Positions 1 through 9,032 of a stretch of DNA of 32,875 nucleotides are shown here, piece by piece. The stretch is from a virus (Duplodnaviria; Heunggongvirae; Uroviricota; Caudoviricetes). The notes under the pieces are model-generated. The model had not been told where the DNA came from and made no database searches. It worked only from the letters and a program-made list of their open reading frames with translations. Numbering within the stretch: position 1 is the stretch's first letter; the number at the start of each line of letters is the position of its first letter. Where the stretch lies: IMG/VR virus record IMGVR_UViG_2859827302_000004; one strand, written 5' to 3'. A program made the translations under genes and the position numbers.

Positions 1-141
1 TTACTGCTTACACTGTAAGAACGCCGCAAACTCCGCTCCCCAGAAGCTCATCCGTATTTCGCACAGCGAACCGTGCAGCATCCAGATGATGAGGATTGCC
101 GTCACGCAGAACGTGATGGCCGTAAGCGATTTTTGCGACAT
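1..141 (-). CDS. Hok/Gef-family type I toxin-like small membrane protein (46 aa; absent from the supplied ORF track)
   Basis: Minus-strand ATG (139-141) to TAA (1-3) translates to MSQKSLTAITFCVTAILIIWMLHGSLCEIRMSFWGAEFAAFLQCKQ: polar N-terminus, single hydrophobic helix, then SLCEIR and AAF motifs as in Hok/Gef toxins (recalled from memory). Confidence 0.55.
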   Translation of the reverse strand: MSQKSLTAITFCVTAILIIWMLHGSLCEIRMSFWGAEFAAFLQCKQ

Positions 142-331
142 AGCGCTTGCTCCTTTTTCGGGGAGGCGCTAACCTATCACTTGCTTAGGGTAGACGGTTA
201 GGGCCTCGGTTAAACAAAAATGTTTTCCGGGGCCTTTCCACATCTGGCCTTCAGGTATTCCCTCCGACCATCAGCCGAAAGGCACCCGCGCGTAATCTAT
301 CGCTTTTTTGTTACTCCGGCAATTCTGCTCG
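142..331 (-). promoter_or_regulatory. Putative 5' leader of the hok-like mRNA (where mok/sok-type antisense control would lie)
   Basis: Position only, by analogy with hok/sok loci; no element identified by eye. Confidence 0.2.
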
Positions 332-492
332 TTAATTCTGAGGTAAGGGCAAACTCATCTGATTGTTTCTTCTGTGTGAAGTTGGCAGTTCATGCCACGG
401 GTAGACTGGCCCCCTGAATCTCCAGACAACCAGTATCACTTAAATAAGTGATAGTCTTAATACTAGTTTTTAGACTAGTCATTGGAGTACAG

Positions 493-858
493 ATGATTGA
501 TGTCTTAGGGCCGGAGAAACGCAGACGGCGTACCACACAGGAAAAGATCGCAATTGTTCAGCAGAGCTTTGAACCGGGGATGACGGTCTCCCTCGTTGCC
601 CGGCAACATGGTGTAGCAGCCAGCCAGTTATTTCTCTGGCGTAAGCAATACCAGGAAGGAAGTCTTACTGCTGTGGCCGCCGGAGAACAGGTTGTTCCTG
701 CCTCTGAACTTGCTGCCGCCATGAAGCAGATTAAAGAACTCCAGCGCCTGCTCGGCAAGAAAACGATGGAAAATGAACTCCTCAAAGAAGCCGTTGAATA
801 TGGACGGGCAAAAAAGTGGATAGCGCACGCGCCCTTATTGCCCGGGGATGGGGAGTAA
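493..858 (+). CDS. insC: IS2 InsC (orfA, HTH)
   Basis: [56 protein letters not shown]... recognised as IS2 InsC; ATG at 493 lies inside track ORF 448-858. Confidence 0.9.
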
Positions 859-1721
859 GCTTAGTCAGCCGTTGTCTCCGGGTGTCGCGTGCGCAGTTGC
901 ACGTCATTCTCAGACGAACCGATGACTGGATGGATGGCCGCCGCAGTCGTCACACTGATGATACGGATGTGCTTCTCCGTATACACCATGTTATCGGAGA
1001 GCTGCCCACGTATGGTTATCGTCGGGTATGGGCGCTGCTTCGCAGACAGGCAGAACTTGATGGTATGCCTGCGATCAATGCCAAACGTGTTTACCGGATC
1101 ATGCGCCAGAATGCGCTGTTGCTTGAGCGAAAACCTGCTGTACCACCATCGAAACGGGCACATACAGGCAGAGTGGCCGTGAAAGAAAGCAATCAGCGAT
1201 GGTGCTCTGACGGGTTCGAGTTCTGCTGTGATAACGGAGAGAGACTGCGTGTCACGTTCGCGCTGGACTGCTGTGAGCGTGAGGCACTGCACTGGGCGGT
1301 GACTACCGGCGGCTTCAACAGTGAAACAGTACAGGACGTCATGCTGGGAGCGGTGGAACGCCGCTTCGGCAACGATCTTCCGTCGTCTCCAGTGGAGTGG
1401 CTGACGGATAATGGTTCATGCTACCGGGCTAATGAAACACGCCAGTTCGCCCGGATGTTGGGACTTGAACCGAAGAACACGGCGGTGCGGAGTCCGGAGA
1501 GTAACGGAATAGCAGAGAGCTTCGTGAAAACGATAAAGCGTGACTACATCAGTATCATGCCCAAACCAGACGGGTTAACGGCAGCAAAGAACCTTGCAGA
1601 GGCGTTCGAGCATTATAACGAATGGCATCCGCATAGTGCGCTGGGTTATCGCTCGCCACGGGAATATCTGCGGCAGCGGGCTTGTAATGGGTTAAGTGAT
1701 AACAGATGTCTGGAAATATAG
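816..1721 (+). CDS. insD: IS2 InsD reading frame (DDE transposase; made as InsCD by frameshift)
   Basis: 301-aa ORF overlapping insC, recognised as IS2 InsD. Confidence 0.9.
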
Positions 1722-1732
1722 GGGCAAATCCA

Positions 1733-1928
1733 ACGGGATGCCCTCTGATGAGTGAATGGGGGAGGCGTGCTTTGAAGTGAATTTGTGGAAGGCTTCCAGT
1801 GTTGAGAAACATACGCCGCATTCTAGATTGTTACACTGATAATACTTTTGTCTCACGGTGTTTGAATCATTTTCCGGACGACTGGTGCGGATACGGGCAG
1901 ATGCGCCACAAAGCGGACAACGGAACAT
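1733..1928 (-). pseudogene. ogr: Ogr/Delta-family zinc-finger late-gene activator, 3' end interrupted by IS2
   Basis: MFRCPLCGASARIRTSRPENDSNTVRQKYYQCNNLECGVCF has the C-x2-C...C-x4-C pattern of P2 Ogr; first 65 codons native, then the ORF runs into IS2; native frame resumes beyond the ACGGG repeat and stops at 332-334. Confidence 0.7.
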
Positions 1929-2031
1929 AGCGACCTCTCTTATTGTAGTGCTTGCACTATTCTAGGTTGTATTCTCGGTAATGCTGCCAACTTACTGATT
2001 TAGTGTATGATGGTGATTTTAAGGTGCTTGC

Positions 2032-2307
2032 GTGGCTTCCATTTCCATCAGATGTCCTTCCTGCTCCGCTACTGAAGGCGTGGTGCGTAACGGCAAAAGC
2101 ACTGCCGGACATCAGCGCTATCTCTGCTCTCATTGCCGTAAAACATGGCAACTACAGTTCACTTACACCGCCTCTCAGCCCGGTACGCACCAGAAAATAA
2201 TTGATATGGCCATGAATGGCGTCGGATGTCGCGCCAGTGCACGCATTATGGGCGTTGGCCTCAACACGGTTTTACGTCACTTAAAAAACTCAGGCCGCAG
2301 TCGGTAA
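2032..2307 (+). CDS. insA: IS1 InsA
   Basis: GTG-initiated 91-aa ORF with the InsA zinc-finger/HTH sequence. Confidence 0.9.
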   Translation: MASISIRCPSCSATEGVVRNGKSTAGHQRYLCSHCRKTWQLQFTYTASQPGTHQKIIDMAMNGVGCRASARIMGVGLNTVLRHLKNSGRSR

Positions 2308-2729
2308 CCTCGCGCATACAACCGGGCAGTGATGTGATTGTCTGCGCTGAAATGGACGAACAGTGGGGCTACGTCGGTGCTAAATCACGTCAGCGCTGGC
2401 TGTTTTACGCGTATGACAGGATACGGAGGACGGTTGTGGCGCACGTCTTCGGTGAACGCACTCTGGCCACACTGGAGCGTCTTCTGAGCCTGCTGTCGGC
2501 CTTTGAGGTCGTGGTATGGATGACGGATGGCTGGCCGCTGTATGAATCACGCCTGAAGGGAAAGCTGCACGTTATCAGCAAGCGTTACACTCAGCGCATT
2601 GAGCGACATAATCTGAATCTGAGACAACATCTGGCAAGGCTGGGACGGAAGTCACTGTCGTTCTCAAAATCGGTGGAGCTGCATGACAAGGTCATCGGGC
2701 ATTATCTGAACATAAAACACTATCAGTAA
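2226..2729 (+). CDS. insB: IS1 InsB reading frame (expressed as InsAB' by -1 frameshift)
   Basis: 167-aa frame overlapping insA 3' end. Confidence 0.85.
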   Translation: MSRQCTHYGRWPQHGFTSLKKLRPQSVTSRIQPGSDVIVCAEMDEQWGYVGAKSRQRWLFYAYDRIRRTVVAHVFGERTLATLERLLSLLSAFEVVVWMTDGWPLYESRLKGKLHVISKRYTQRIERHNLNLRQHLARLGRKSLSFSKSVELHDKVIGHYLNIKHYQ

Positions 2730-2802
2730 GTTGGAGTCATTACCAGTATTCTCTAAGATTTAAACATGACTTTCTCTATATAATGATTTTTAGCATTAGT
2801 TA

Positions 2803-2832
2803 ATAAACGAACGGCACTCTAAGGAGCGCCGT
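2803..2832 (-). terminator. Putative intrinsic terminator downstream of the 367-aa ORF
   Basis: Arms ACGGCACTC (2811-2819) and GAGCGCCGT (2824-2832) give a 9-bp stem with one G-U pair in the minus-strand RNA, followed on that strand by UCGUUUAUUA. Confidence 0.35.
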
Positions 2833-2840
2833 CAAAGATA

Positions 2841-3944
2841 TTATTCTGATGTCACTCTTTGCGAGTGAGCTATTTTTAAATCAGCGTTTCCTTCAAATAC
2901 TATATTCAACTCATAGTTAAGAGTTAGCTTGAATTTATCTGAGTCACTTTTGATATTCTCTGAAGTGACATTTACTAACTTATTATTATCATATTCTCTA
3001 ATAATTAATTTAGTGAAGTAGTTATCCTTTACCACAAGAGAAAATGGTTGATTAACAAATGGTAAGAAGTAAACCTTACGGGTACCGGATTCAGTAGTTA
3101 TGTTCATAGAGCCATCATCATTTTTTCTCATTAGTTCTCTGAGGTTGGGATTATCGAAAAGCATACGATTATATTGCTGAAAGATCTCTTTACTCATCAC
3201 AAGAACCAGTTTGCCAGCCAAGTCAGCAGATGATTTTATGTGATCAATCAACATATTGAAATCTTCTATTACGGTATGTTGCGAACAGCCAGTGCTAAAT
3301 AAATTTGAAAGTATTATTCTCTGGATGTCCTTGAGAATTAAGTCTGCTTGAATATCACCTTCATTGATATAAGGGATGGATTCTATTCCTTCGGCATACG
3401 GTTCTTTATCTATCTTAATAGATATCTTATGTTTTGTGAAACAATCGCTAGCCTGCTTAAAATCAATAGATTTGAAAAGTGAAAGAGGGAGCGTTTTCTT
3501 GATGCGTTTACGAAGATGTTCTGATGTTTTACGTGCAGTGCTATCTAGTCGATGTACATCTATGGCAGCATCCTGAAGTCTCATATCAAGATCTTTCTTT
3601 AGCATGTTAATATGCTCTTGAAGCAACTTTCTTAAGTTTTCTTTTTTTGTTTGGAGATCGTCCAATGTTAAAGTCAGCTTGATTTTAGTGTATTCGATGG
3701 AGTTACAAATTTTTGATAATACTCCAATGAATCGTTGCTTCTCACGATATGTTATATAGTTGTTTTCTATTGCTTCTTTTATTTCTTTTGATACGCTATC
3801 GTTCTTGTTAGAAAAAATTAATAATAGCTGAATCCATGATTGTTCCATATCAATAAATCCACAGTCAAAAACATTACTGTAAACTCTGCCCATCACCATG
3901 TCTGTTTTATCATAGTCACGTAAACGCCTTGCTAAACTATTCAT
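2841..3944 (-). CDS. Hypothetical protein, 367 aa, low-GC, apparently intact; distal gene of the cargo cassette
   Basis: Uninterrupted ORF; ATG directly abuts the upstream stop (TAGATG); GGAG about 13 nt upstream; no Walker A or other motif recognisable by eye. Confidence 0.75.
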   Translation of the reverse strand: MNSLARRLRDYDKTDMVMGRVYSNVFDCGFIDMEQSWIQLLLIFSNKNDSVSKEIKEAIENNYITYREKQRFIGVLSKICNSIEYTKIKLTLTLDDLQTKKENLRKLLQEHINMLKKDLDMRLQDAAIDVHRLDSTARKTSEHLRKRIKKTLPLSLFKSIDFKQASDCFTKHKISIKIDKEPYAEGIESIPYINEGDIQADLILKDIQRIILSNLFSTGCSQHTVIEDFNMLIDHIKSSADLAGKLVLVMSKEIFQQYNRMLFDNPNLRELMRKNDDGSMNITTESGTRKVYFLPFVNQPFSLVVKDNYFTKLIIREYDNNKLVNVTSENIKSDSDKFKLTLNYELNIVFEGNADLKIAHSQRVTSE

Positions 3945-4946
3945 CTACCCATTGTGCTCCATATTTTCAGACCATGTCCACAGGCAGATTCTAATTAATA
4001 TCTTGATTAGTTGGCTTGCATTATCAATTTCTTCAGTGGGAGTTTCATATCCACCGGTTTGGTCAATAAGTTTACCCTCTAAAATAAGTTTAATGTAATG
4101 TGTCATTAGTTTGTCAGAAGTATTGATTCTTGATGTCAGATAAAGACATGTGCATATACGCATGTCAGTCAACGCATTTATGATGGCAATATTGAACCAC
4201 TCTCTGTCTGAATTGAAGTTTAGTTTTTTGGATATGAAAAAAACCGGGTTAAAAAGCTGGCCTTTGTAACTGTATTTTTCTACCGAATGGCTGTCAATAT
4301 TCATTGAGTGCTGCCATCGGTTAATAAGATCGACGGCTGTATCAATAGTAGAAGGATCGCGAGTCTGTGTTGCATCAATAATCATCGATGGAAGTTCTTG
4401 TAGTTGCGTTTTGCAAAATAATTCAAATAAATCTGAATTCTCTGTATTGCAGAAACGAAAGTTTATGCTTTCTTGATATTGCTCCCAAACAGTGGTATAG
4501 GTTCTTAATATACGATTATAACGTGAACGAAGCGAGGCATTTAAGAGTGATTGGTTGTTTCGGAACCATTCTGTTAATATTGACCATTGTGAACGAGTAA
4601 TTCCCATATAGATACAAAGTTCATTGCTGATAAGATGTTTTCTATTATTGATAATACGCACTCCGCTCCAAAGACATAATTCAAAAAATCTTTCAGAAAG
4701 ATTAATTTTATCCATGGAATTATTTGATATTTTATAAACTTCATCTGAAAACTCATATTGAAAACTCCGTTCAAATAATTCTGTAGTGATCAGTAAGAAG
4801 TTATTGTTGGTATTATCATCTTGAAAAAAATACAAATCGCAGAGATTATTAAAGTTATTAATTAATGCAGAGATAGCATTGTCAAAACTAATGAGATCAG
4901 AATCCCGCAGATACATATACGTATCTGCTGTTATAGCCTGCATTGT
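3945..4946 (-). CDS. Hypothetical protein ORF (332 native codons); probably the C-terminal third of an IS-split ~670-aa gene
   Basis: Track ORF 3945-4979 begins inside IS600 (first 11 codons MVVSAIASTPH are IS-encoded); native frame is continuous with the ORF on the other side of IS600. Confidence 0.65.
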   Translation of the reverse strand, partial: TMQAITADTYMYLRDSDLISFDNAISALINNFNNLCDLYFFQDDNTNNNFLLITTELFERSFQYEFSDEVYKISNNSMDKINLSERFFELCLWSGVRIINNRKHLISNELCIYMGITRSQWSILTEWFRNNQSLLNASLRSRYNRILRTYTTVWEQYQESINFRFCNTENSDLFELFCKTQLQELPSMIIDATQTRDPSTIDTAVDLINRWQHSMNIDSHSVEKYSYKGQLFNPVFFISKKLNFNSDREWFNIAIINALTDMRICTCLYLTSRINTSDKLMTHYIKLILEGKLIDQTGGYETPTEEIDNASQLIKILIRICLWTWSENMEHNG

Positions 4947-4990
4947 GTGAGGTGTACTGGCAATAGCGGACACTACCATTTGTTCTTTTT

Positions 4991-5809
4991 TTAAGCAGCC
5001 ATCTGATGATATTTTTCCCTGAAGGCTGCCGGGGAGATATTCCCCAGACGAGAGTGACGACGCTGACGATTGTAGAAAATCTCAATGTATTCCCGTATTA
5101 CTGAGATGGCTTCATCCCGGTTATTAAAACGATAGTGGCTCAGGCTCTCATTTTTCAGCGTTCCCCAGAAGCTTTCCATCGGAGCGTTGTCGTAACAGTT
5201 ACCTTTACGCGACATTGATGTTTTCAGACCAGACTGCTCCTGTATGACCCGGTAATCGTATGCGCAGTACTGTGAACCTCGATCAGAGTGGTGGATTAGC
5301 CCGGCAGGTGGGCGCTGGCTCCTGAGCGCCATAAACAGGGCTTTACCTGTCAGCTCTTTTGTCATGCGCTCTCCCATGGCGTAGCCGACAATTTCGCACG
5401 TATAAACATCTTTGATGCCAGCGAGGTACAACCATCCCTCCTGAGTGGCAACATACGTCAGGTCCGCCACCCAGACCTGATTTGGTGCTGTAGGAGCGAA
5501 CGTCTGGTTCAGCAGATTTGGCGCAACTGGCAGATTGTGGTTCGGGTTCGTAGTCGCTCTGAACTTGCGTTTCTGCTTACAGCGTAGCCTTAGCTCCTTA
5601 CGAAGACGTGCCAGTCGGTCACGACCAACGATGATGCCATTCTCTGCCAGCTCCGTCTGGAGCCGCCGGGTTCCATATGTTTCGCGAGTGCGGATATGTG
5701 CCACCTTAATCTCCAGTTTTAGCCGCTCATCACTTTGTTTTCTGTCTGAGGGTTCATGCTGTACCCAGTTGTAATAACCGCTCCTGGATACACCAAATAC
5801 CTGACACAT
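4991..5809 (-). CDS. IS600 orfB (DDE transposase domain)
   Basis: 272-aa ORF in IS3-family orfA/orfB arrangement. Confidence 0.9.
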   Translation of the reverse strand: MCQVFGVSRSGYYNWVQHEPSDRKQSDERLKLEIKVAHIRTRETYGTRRLQTELAENGIIVGRDRLARLRKELRLRCKQKRKFRATTNPNHNLPVAPNLLNQTFAPTAPNQVWVADLTYVATQEGWLYLAGIKDVYTCEIVGYAMGERMTKELTGKALFMALRSQRPPAGLIHHSDRGSQYCAYDYRVIQEQSGLKTSMSRKGNCYDNAPMESFWGTLKNESLSHYRFNNRDEAISVIREYIEIFYNRQRRHSRLGNISPAAFREKYHQMAA

Positions 5810-5844
5810 CGCTTCAATGGGAAATTGTTGTCGCCATTGTTCGA

Positions 5845-6147
5845 TTAACGCGTATTTTTCAGCGACTCCTGTGCAAAATACGCTGTTGCTTTTTTTAATA
5901 TATCTCGCTCAAGGCGAGCTTCATTTAACGCCTTACGCAGTTGCAGAATTTCAGATTCCAGTTCAGCCACCGTGCGGGAACCAGGAGTACCGAGCCCTTT
6001 TCTGGCGGCGGTAACCCATTGTCCTAAAGTGCCTTCAGGAAGGGATAATCGGGAAGCGCCTTCACTGATCGAAAGTTGATTTTCAAGAACCGTTCTGACA
6101 GCTTCGGCTTTGAACTCTTTAGAGTAACGTTGGTTTTTTCTGCTCAT
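5845..6147 (-). CDS. IS600 orfA (HTH/leucine-zipper)
   Basis: 100-aa ORF MSRKNQRYSKEFKAEAVRTVLENQLSISEGASRLS... Confidence 0.9.
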   Translation of the reverse strand: MSRKNQRYSKEFKAEAVRTVLENQLSISEGASRLSLPEGTLGQWVTAARKGLGTPGSRTVAELESEILQLRKALNEARLERDILKKATAYFAQESLKNTR

Positions 6148-6211
6148 TATTAGCTCCTTCTGATGCCATTCTATTTCAGGAAGGAGTGTCCGTTAAACTC
6201 AGGCTACCTCA

Positions 6212-6950
6212 GTAAGACTTACGGAAAAATCTCCTCCTTTAATCGGAGCCCTATAAAAACATTGCTTAAGTATTTTTATTAATAAGCTGTCTGGTTTGAT
6301 ATTTTTAACGCTAAAAAGTATCTTACCCGTGGATTCTGTTTCTTTTGTACGATTATCACCAATGACAAATGACGCAAAATGATTCTTCTTTTTTAGTTGG
6401 TAATTAATAAGATTAAGAGTAAGTTGAAAAGGACGGTGATATAAACTTAACTCATCTTCCTTAGAATAACTGCTAGCCACAGATATGTATTCTCCTTTGT
6501 AATCGGCTTGCTTGATTTCTAAATTTGAATAGTTATGTTTTTGATAGATAGGGTATAACCTAAGCTTGGCTGAGATTTTGTTACAAATATGGGGCATTAC
6601 TATTTCGAAGGCAATGTATCGCTTTATAATTATTTGCCGTTTTACATCATCAAGAATTTCAAGACTCACGATAAAGAACCAAATAGAAAGAACTATGTTT
6701 ATCAAAAGCCATAATATGCTGATTAGACAAGCTATACCATAAAGATAACTTCCAAAGACAGTTTTAATTAGTACACTGAGAAGTATAAATCCTGATAAGA
6801 AAAGCCCGCTGAGTCCAGCAAGCATGAATCCTGAGTAACGCTGATAAGCAGTTTGGGCTATTTTTCTATCTGCCTTTTTTGGGAATAAGACACTTACTAA
6901 ACCTATAACAAGGGGGTATACAATACCAATAATTGTCAATTGGCCACTTA
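6212..6950 (-). pseudogene. Middle segment of the IS-split membrane-protein gene (TM helices 2-4 plus soluble region)
   Basis: Native part of track ORF 6199-7125; hydrophobic segments LTIIGIVYPLVIGLVSVLF, GFMLAGLSGLFLSGFILLSVLI, LYGIACLISILWLLINIVLSIWFFIVSL; bounded by IS1 (6951) and IS600 (6211). Confidence 0.7.
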
Positions 6951-7005
6951 GGTAATGCTGCCAACTTACTGATTTAGTGTATGATGGTGATTTTAAGGTG
7001 CTTGC

Positions 7006-7281
7006 GTGGCTTCCATTTCCATCAGATGTCCTTCCTGCTCCGCTACTGAAGGCGTGGTGCGTAACGGCAAAAGCACTGCCGGACATCAGCGCTATCTCTG
7101 CTCTCATTGCCGTAAAACATGGCAACTACAGTTCACTTACACCGCCTCTCAGCCCGGTACGCACCAGAAAATCATTGATATGGCCATGAATGGCGTCGGA
7201 TGTCGCGCCAGTGCACGCATTATGGGCGTTGGCCTCAACACGGTTTTCCGTCACTTAAAAAACTCAGGCCGCAGTCGGTAA
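7006..7281 (+). CDS. insA: IS1 InsA
   Basis: Same protein as the copy at 2032-2307 apart from one residue. Confidence 0.9.
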   Translation: MASISIRCPSCSATEGVVRNGKSTAGHQRYLCSHCRKTWQLQFTYTASQPGTHQKIIDMAMNGVGCRASARIMGVGLNTVFRHLKNSGRSR

Positions 7282-7703
7282 CCTCGCGCATACAACCGGG
7301 CAGTGATGTGATTGTCTGCGCTGAAATGGACGAACAGTGGGGCTACGTCGGTGCTAAATCACGTCAGCGCTGGCTGTTTTACGCGTATGACAGGATACGG
7401 AGGACGGTTGTGGCGCACGTCTTCGGTGAACGCACTCTGGCCACACTGGAGCGTCTTCTGAGCCTGCTGTCGGCCTTTGAGGTCGTGGTATGGATGACGG
7501 ATGGCTGGCCGCTGTATGAATCACGCCTGAAGGGAAAGCTGCACGTTATCAGCAAGCGTTACACTCAGCGCATTGAGCGACATAATCTGAATCTGAGACA
7601 ACATCTGGCAAGGCTGGGACGGAAGTCACTGTCGTTCTCAAAATCGGTGGAGCTGCATGACAAGGTCATCGGGCATTATCTGAACATAAAACACTATCAG
7701 TAA
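7200..7703 (+). CDS. insB: IS1 InsB reading frame
   Basis: Same protein as the copy at 2226-2729 apart from one residue. Confidence 0.85.
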   Translation: MSRQCTHYGRWPQHGFPSLKKLRPQSVTSRIQPGSDVIVCAEMDEQWGYVGAKSRQRWLFYAYDRIRRTVVAHVFGERTLATLERLLSLLSAFEVVVWMTDGWPLYESRLKGKLHVISKRYTQRIERHNLNLRQHLARLGRKSLSFSKSVELHDKVIGHYLNIKHYQ

Positions 7704-7718
7704 GTTGGTGTCATTACC

Positions 7719-8004
7719 GGCCACTTAAAATGGTTGTTTGCCATTCGGTTAATGAATGCCTAAACGGGAAATAATGTAAAAGATTATTTTTTATAAATAA
7801 TTCGTTTAAATATCCAACATAAAGTAGTACAAATGAAAAAGCTGATATGCAAAGTACTGATTTAACCGGTGAGGATGTTAATCTTATGATGTTTTTTTCA
7901 ATAAAATTCCATTTTAAATTCGAATAAAATGGATTTTTAACCATTTTATTACGAACATAGTTCTTTGCTAAAATCTCTGTTGCACTTAAAAATTGTCCAA
8001 TCAT
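7719..8004 (-). pseudogene. N-terminal segment (95 codons, TM helix 1) of the IS-split membrane-protein gene
   Basis: ATG at 8002-8004; MIGQFLSATEILAKNYVRNK...VKSVLCISAFSFVLLYVGYL...; frame continues across the IS1 duplication into 6950-6212. Confidence 0.7.
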
Positions 8005-8334
8005 GAATTACTCTTCTATAAAGTGTGGGTCTACTAACTAAACTGGAACTTTTACTATTGAGTCATATTCCCTTGGACGGGATGGACTGTGAAGATTATA
8101 CTTGACTTCCTCTGTCATGTGGGAAAAACATCCGTATTATTGTTAGCATCTGGTTGATGCCCCAACCTCTGACATCTAGTGGGCTGATACATTATCTTTT
8201 GTTCTTACTGTCAGTGTAGAAGCACATCTCAAAAATAATATTTTTAAGAGATTTATTCTGTTTCTGCTATCCATTCCGGGATTTTTGCTTCAAGTTCAAG
8301 CTGCGTGGTAAAGCCGCTGGGTAATGACTCCAAC

Positions 8335-8712
8335 TTATTGATAGTGTTTTATGTTCAGATAATGCCCGATGACTTTGTCATGCAGCTCCACCGATTTTGA
8401 GAACGACAGCGACTTCCGTCCCAGCCGTGCCAGGTGCTGCCTCAGATTCAGGTTATGCCGCTCAATTCGCTGCGTATATCGCTTGCTGATTACGTGCAGC
8501 TTTCCCTTCAGGCGGGATTCATACAGTGGCCAGCCATCCGTCATCCATATCACCACGTCAAAGGGTGACAGCAAGCTCATAAGACGCCCCAGCGTCGCCA
8601 TAGTGCGTTCACCGAATACGTGCGCAACAACCGTCTTCCGGAGCCTGTCATACGCGTAAAACAGCCAGCGCTGGCGCGATTTAGCCCCGACGTATCCCCA
8701 CTGTTCGTCCAT
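8335..8712 (-). CDS. insB: IS1 InsB reading frame
   Basis: 125-aa track ORF with InsB sequence. Confidence 0.85.
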   Translation of the reverse strand: MDEQWGYVGAKSRQRWLFYAYDRLRKTVVAHVFGERTMATLGRLMSLLSPFDVVIWMTDGWPLYESRLKGKLHVISKRYTQRIERHNLNLRQHLARLGRKSLSFSKSVELHDKVIGHYLNIKHYQ

Positions 8713-8756
8713 TTCCGCGCAGACGATGACGTCACTGCCCGGCTGTATGCGCGAGG

Positions 8757-9032
8757 TTACCGACTGCGGCCTGAGTTTTTTAAGTGACGTAAAATCGTGT
8801 TGAGGCTAACGCCCATAATGCGTGCAGTTGCCCGGCATCCAACGCCATTCATGGCCATATCAATAATTTTCTGGTGCGTACCGGGTTGAGAAGCGGTGTA
8901 AGTGAACTGCAGTTGCCATGTTTTACGGCAGTGAGAGCAGAGATAGCGCTGATGTCCGGCAGTGCTTTTGCCGTTACGCACCACCCCGTCAGTAGCTGAA
9001 CAGGAGGGACAGCTGATAGAAACAGAAGCCAC
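8757..9032 (-). CDS. insA: IS1 InsA
   Basis: [43 protein letters not shown]... Confidence 0.9.
   Translation of the reverse strand: MASVSISCPSCSATDGVVRNGKSTAGHQRYLCSHCRKTWQLQFTYTASQPGTHQKIIDMAMNGVGCRATARIMGVSLNTILRHLKNSGRSR

Larger units (their letters stand above)
402..1732 (+). mobile_element. IS2 (IS3 family), complete 1331 bp copy
   Basis: Ends TAGACTGGCCCCCTGAATCTCC (402) and GGGGCAAATCCA (1732); InsC/InsD ORFs; flanked by 5-bp direct repeat ACGGG at 397-401 and 1733-1737. Confidence 0.95.
1977..2744 (+). mobile_element. IS1, complete 768 bp copy
   Basis: Ends GGTAATGCTGCCAACTTACTGAT and GTTGGAGTCATTACC; InsA/InsB frames; flanking repeat TGTATTCTC (1968-1976) versus AGTATTCTC (2745-2753), 8 of 9 identical. 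Confidence 0.95.
4948..6211 (-). mobile_element. IS600 (IS3 family), complete 1264 bp copy
   Basis: Left end TGAGGTAGCCTGAGTTTAACGG (reverse complement at 6211), right end ...CCAGTACACCTCA (reverse complement at 4948); same ORF proteins as the copy at 21911-23174; flanking triplets GTG (4945-4947) and GTA (6212-6214) differ at one base. Confidence 0.9.
6951..7718 (+). mobile_element. IS1, complete 768 bp copy inserted in the membrane-protein gene
   Basis: Perfect 9-bp target duplication GGCCACTTA at 6942-6950 and 7719-7727. Confidence 0.95.

Noticed and set aside
220-417. 65-aa plus-strand ORF
   Set aside because: Runs across the ogr 3' region into the IS2 terminus, antisense to the hok leader/ogr; no support
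6199-7125. 308-aa ORF taken as a single protein
   Set aside because: Chimera: first 58 codons are antisense IS1 sequence (same as ORF 1957-2151) and last 5 codons are IS600-encoded; only 6212-6950 is native
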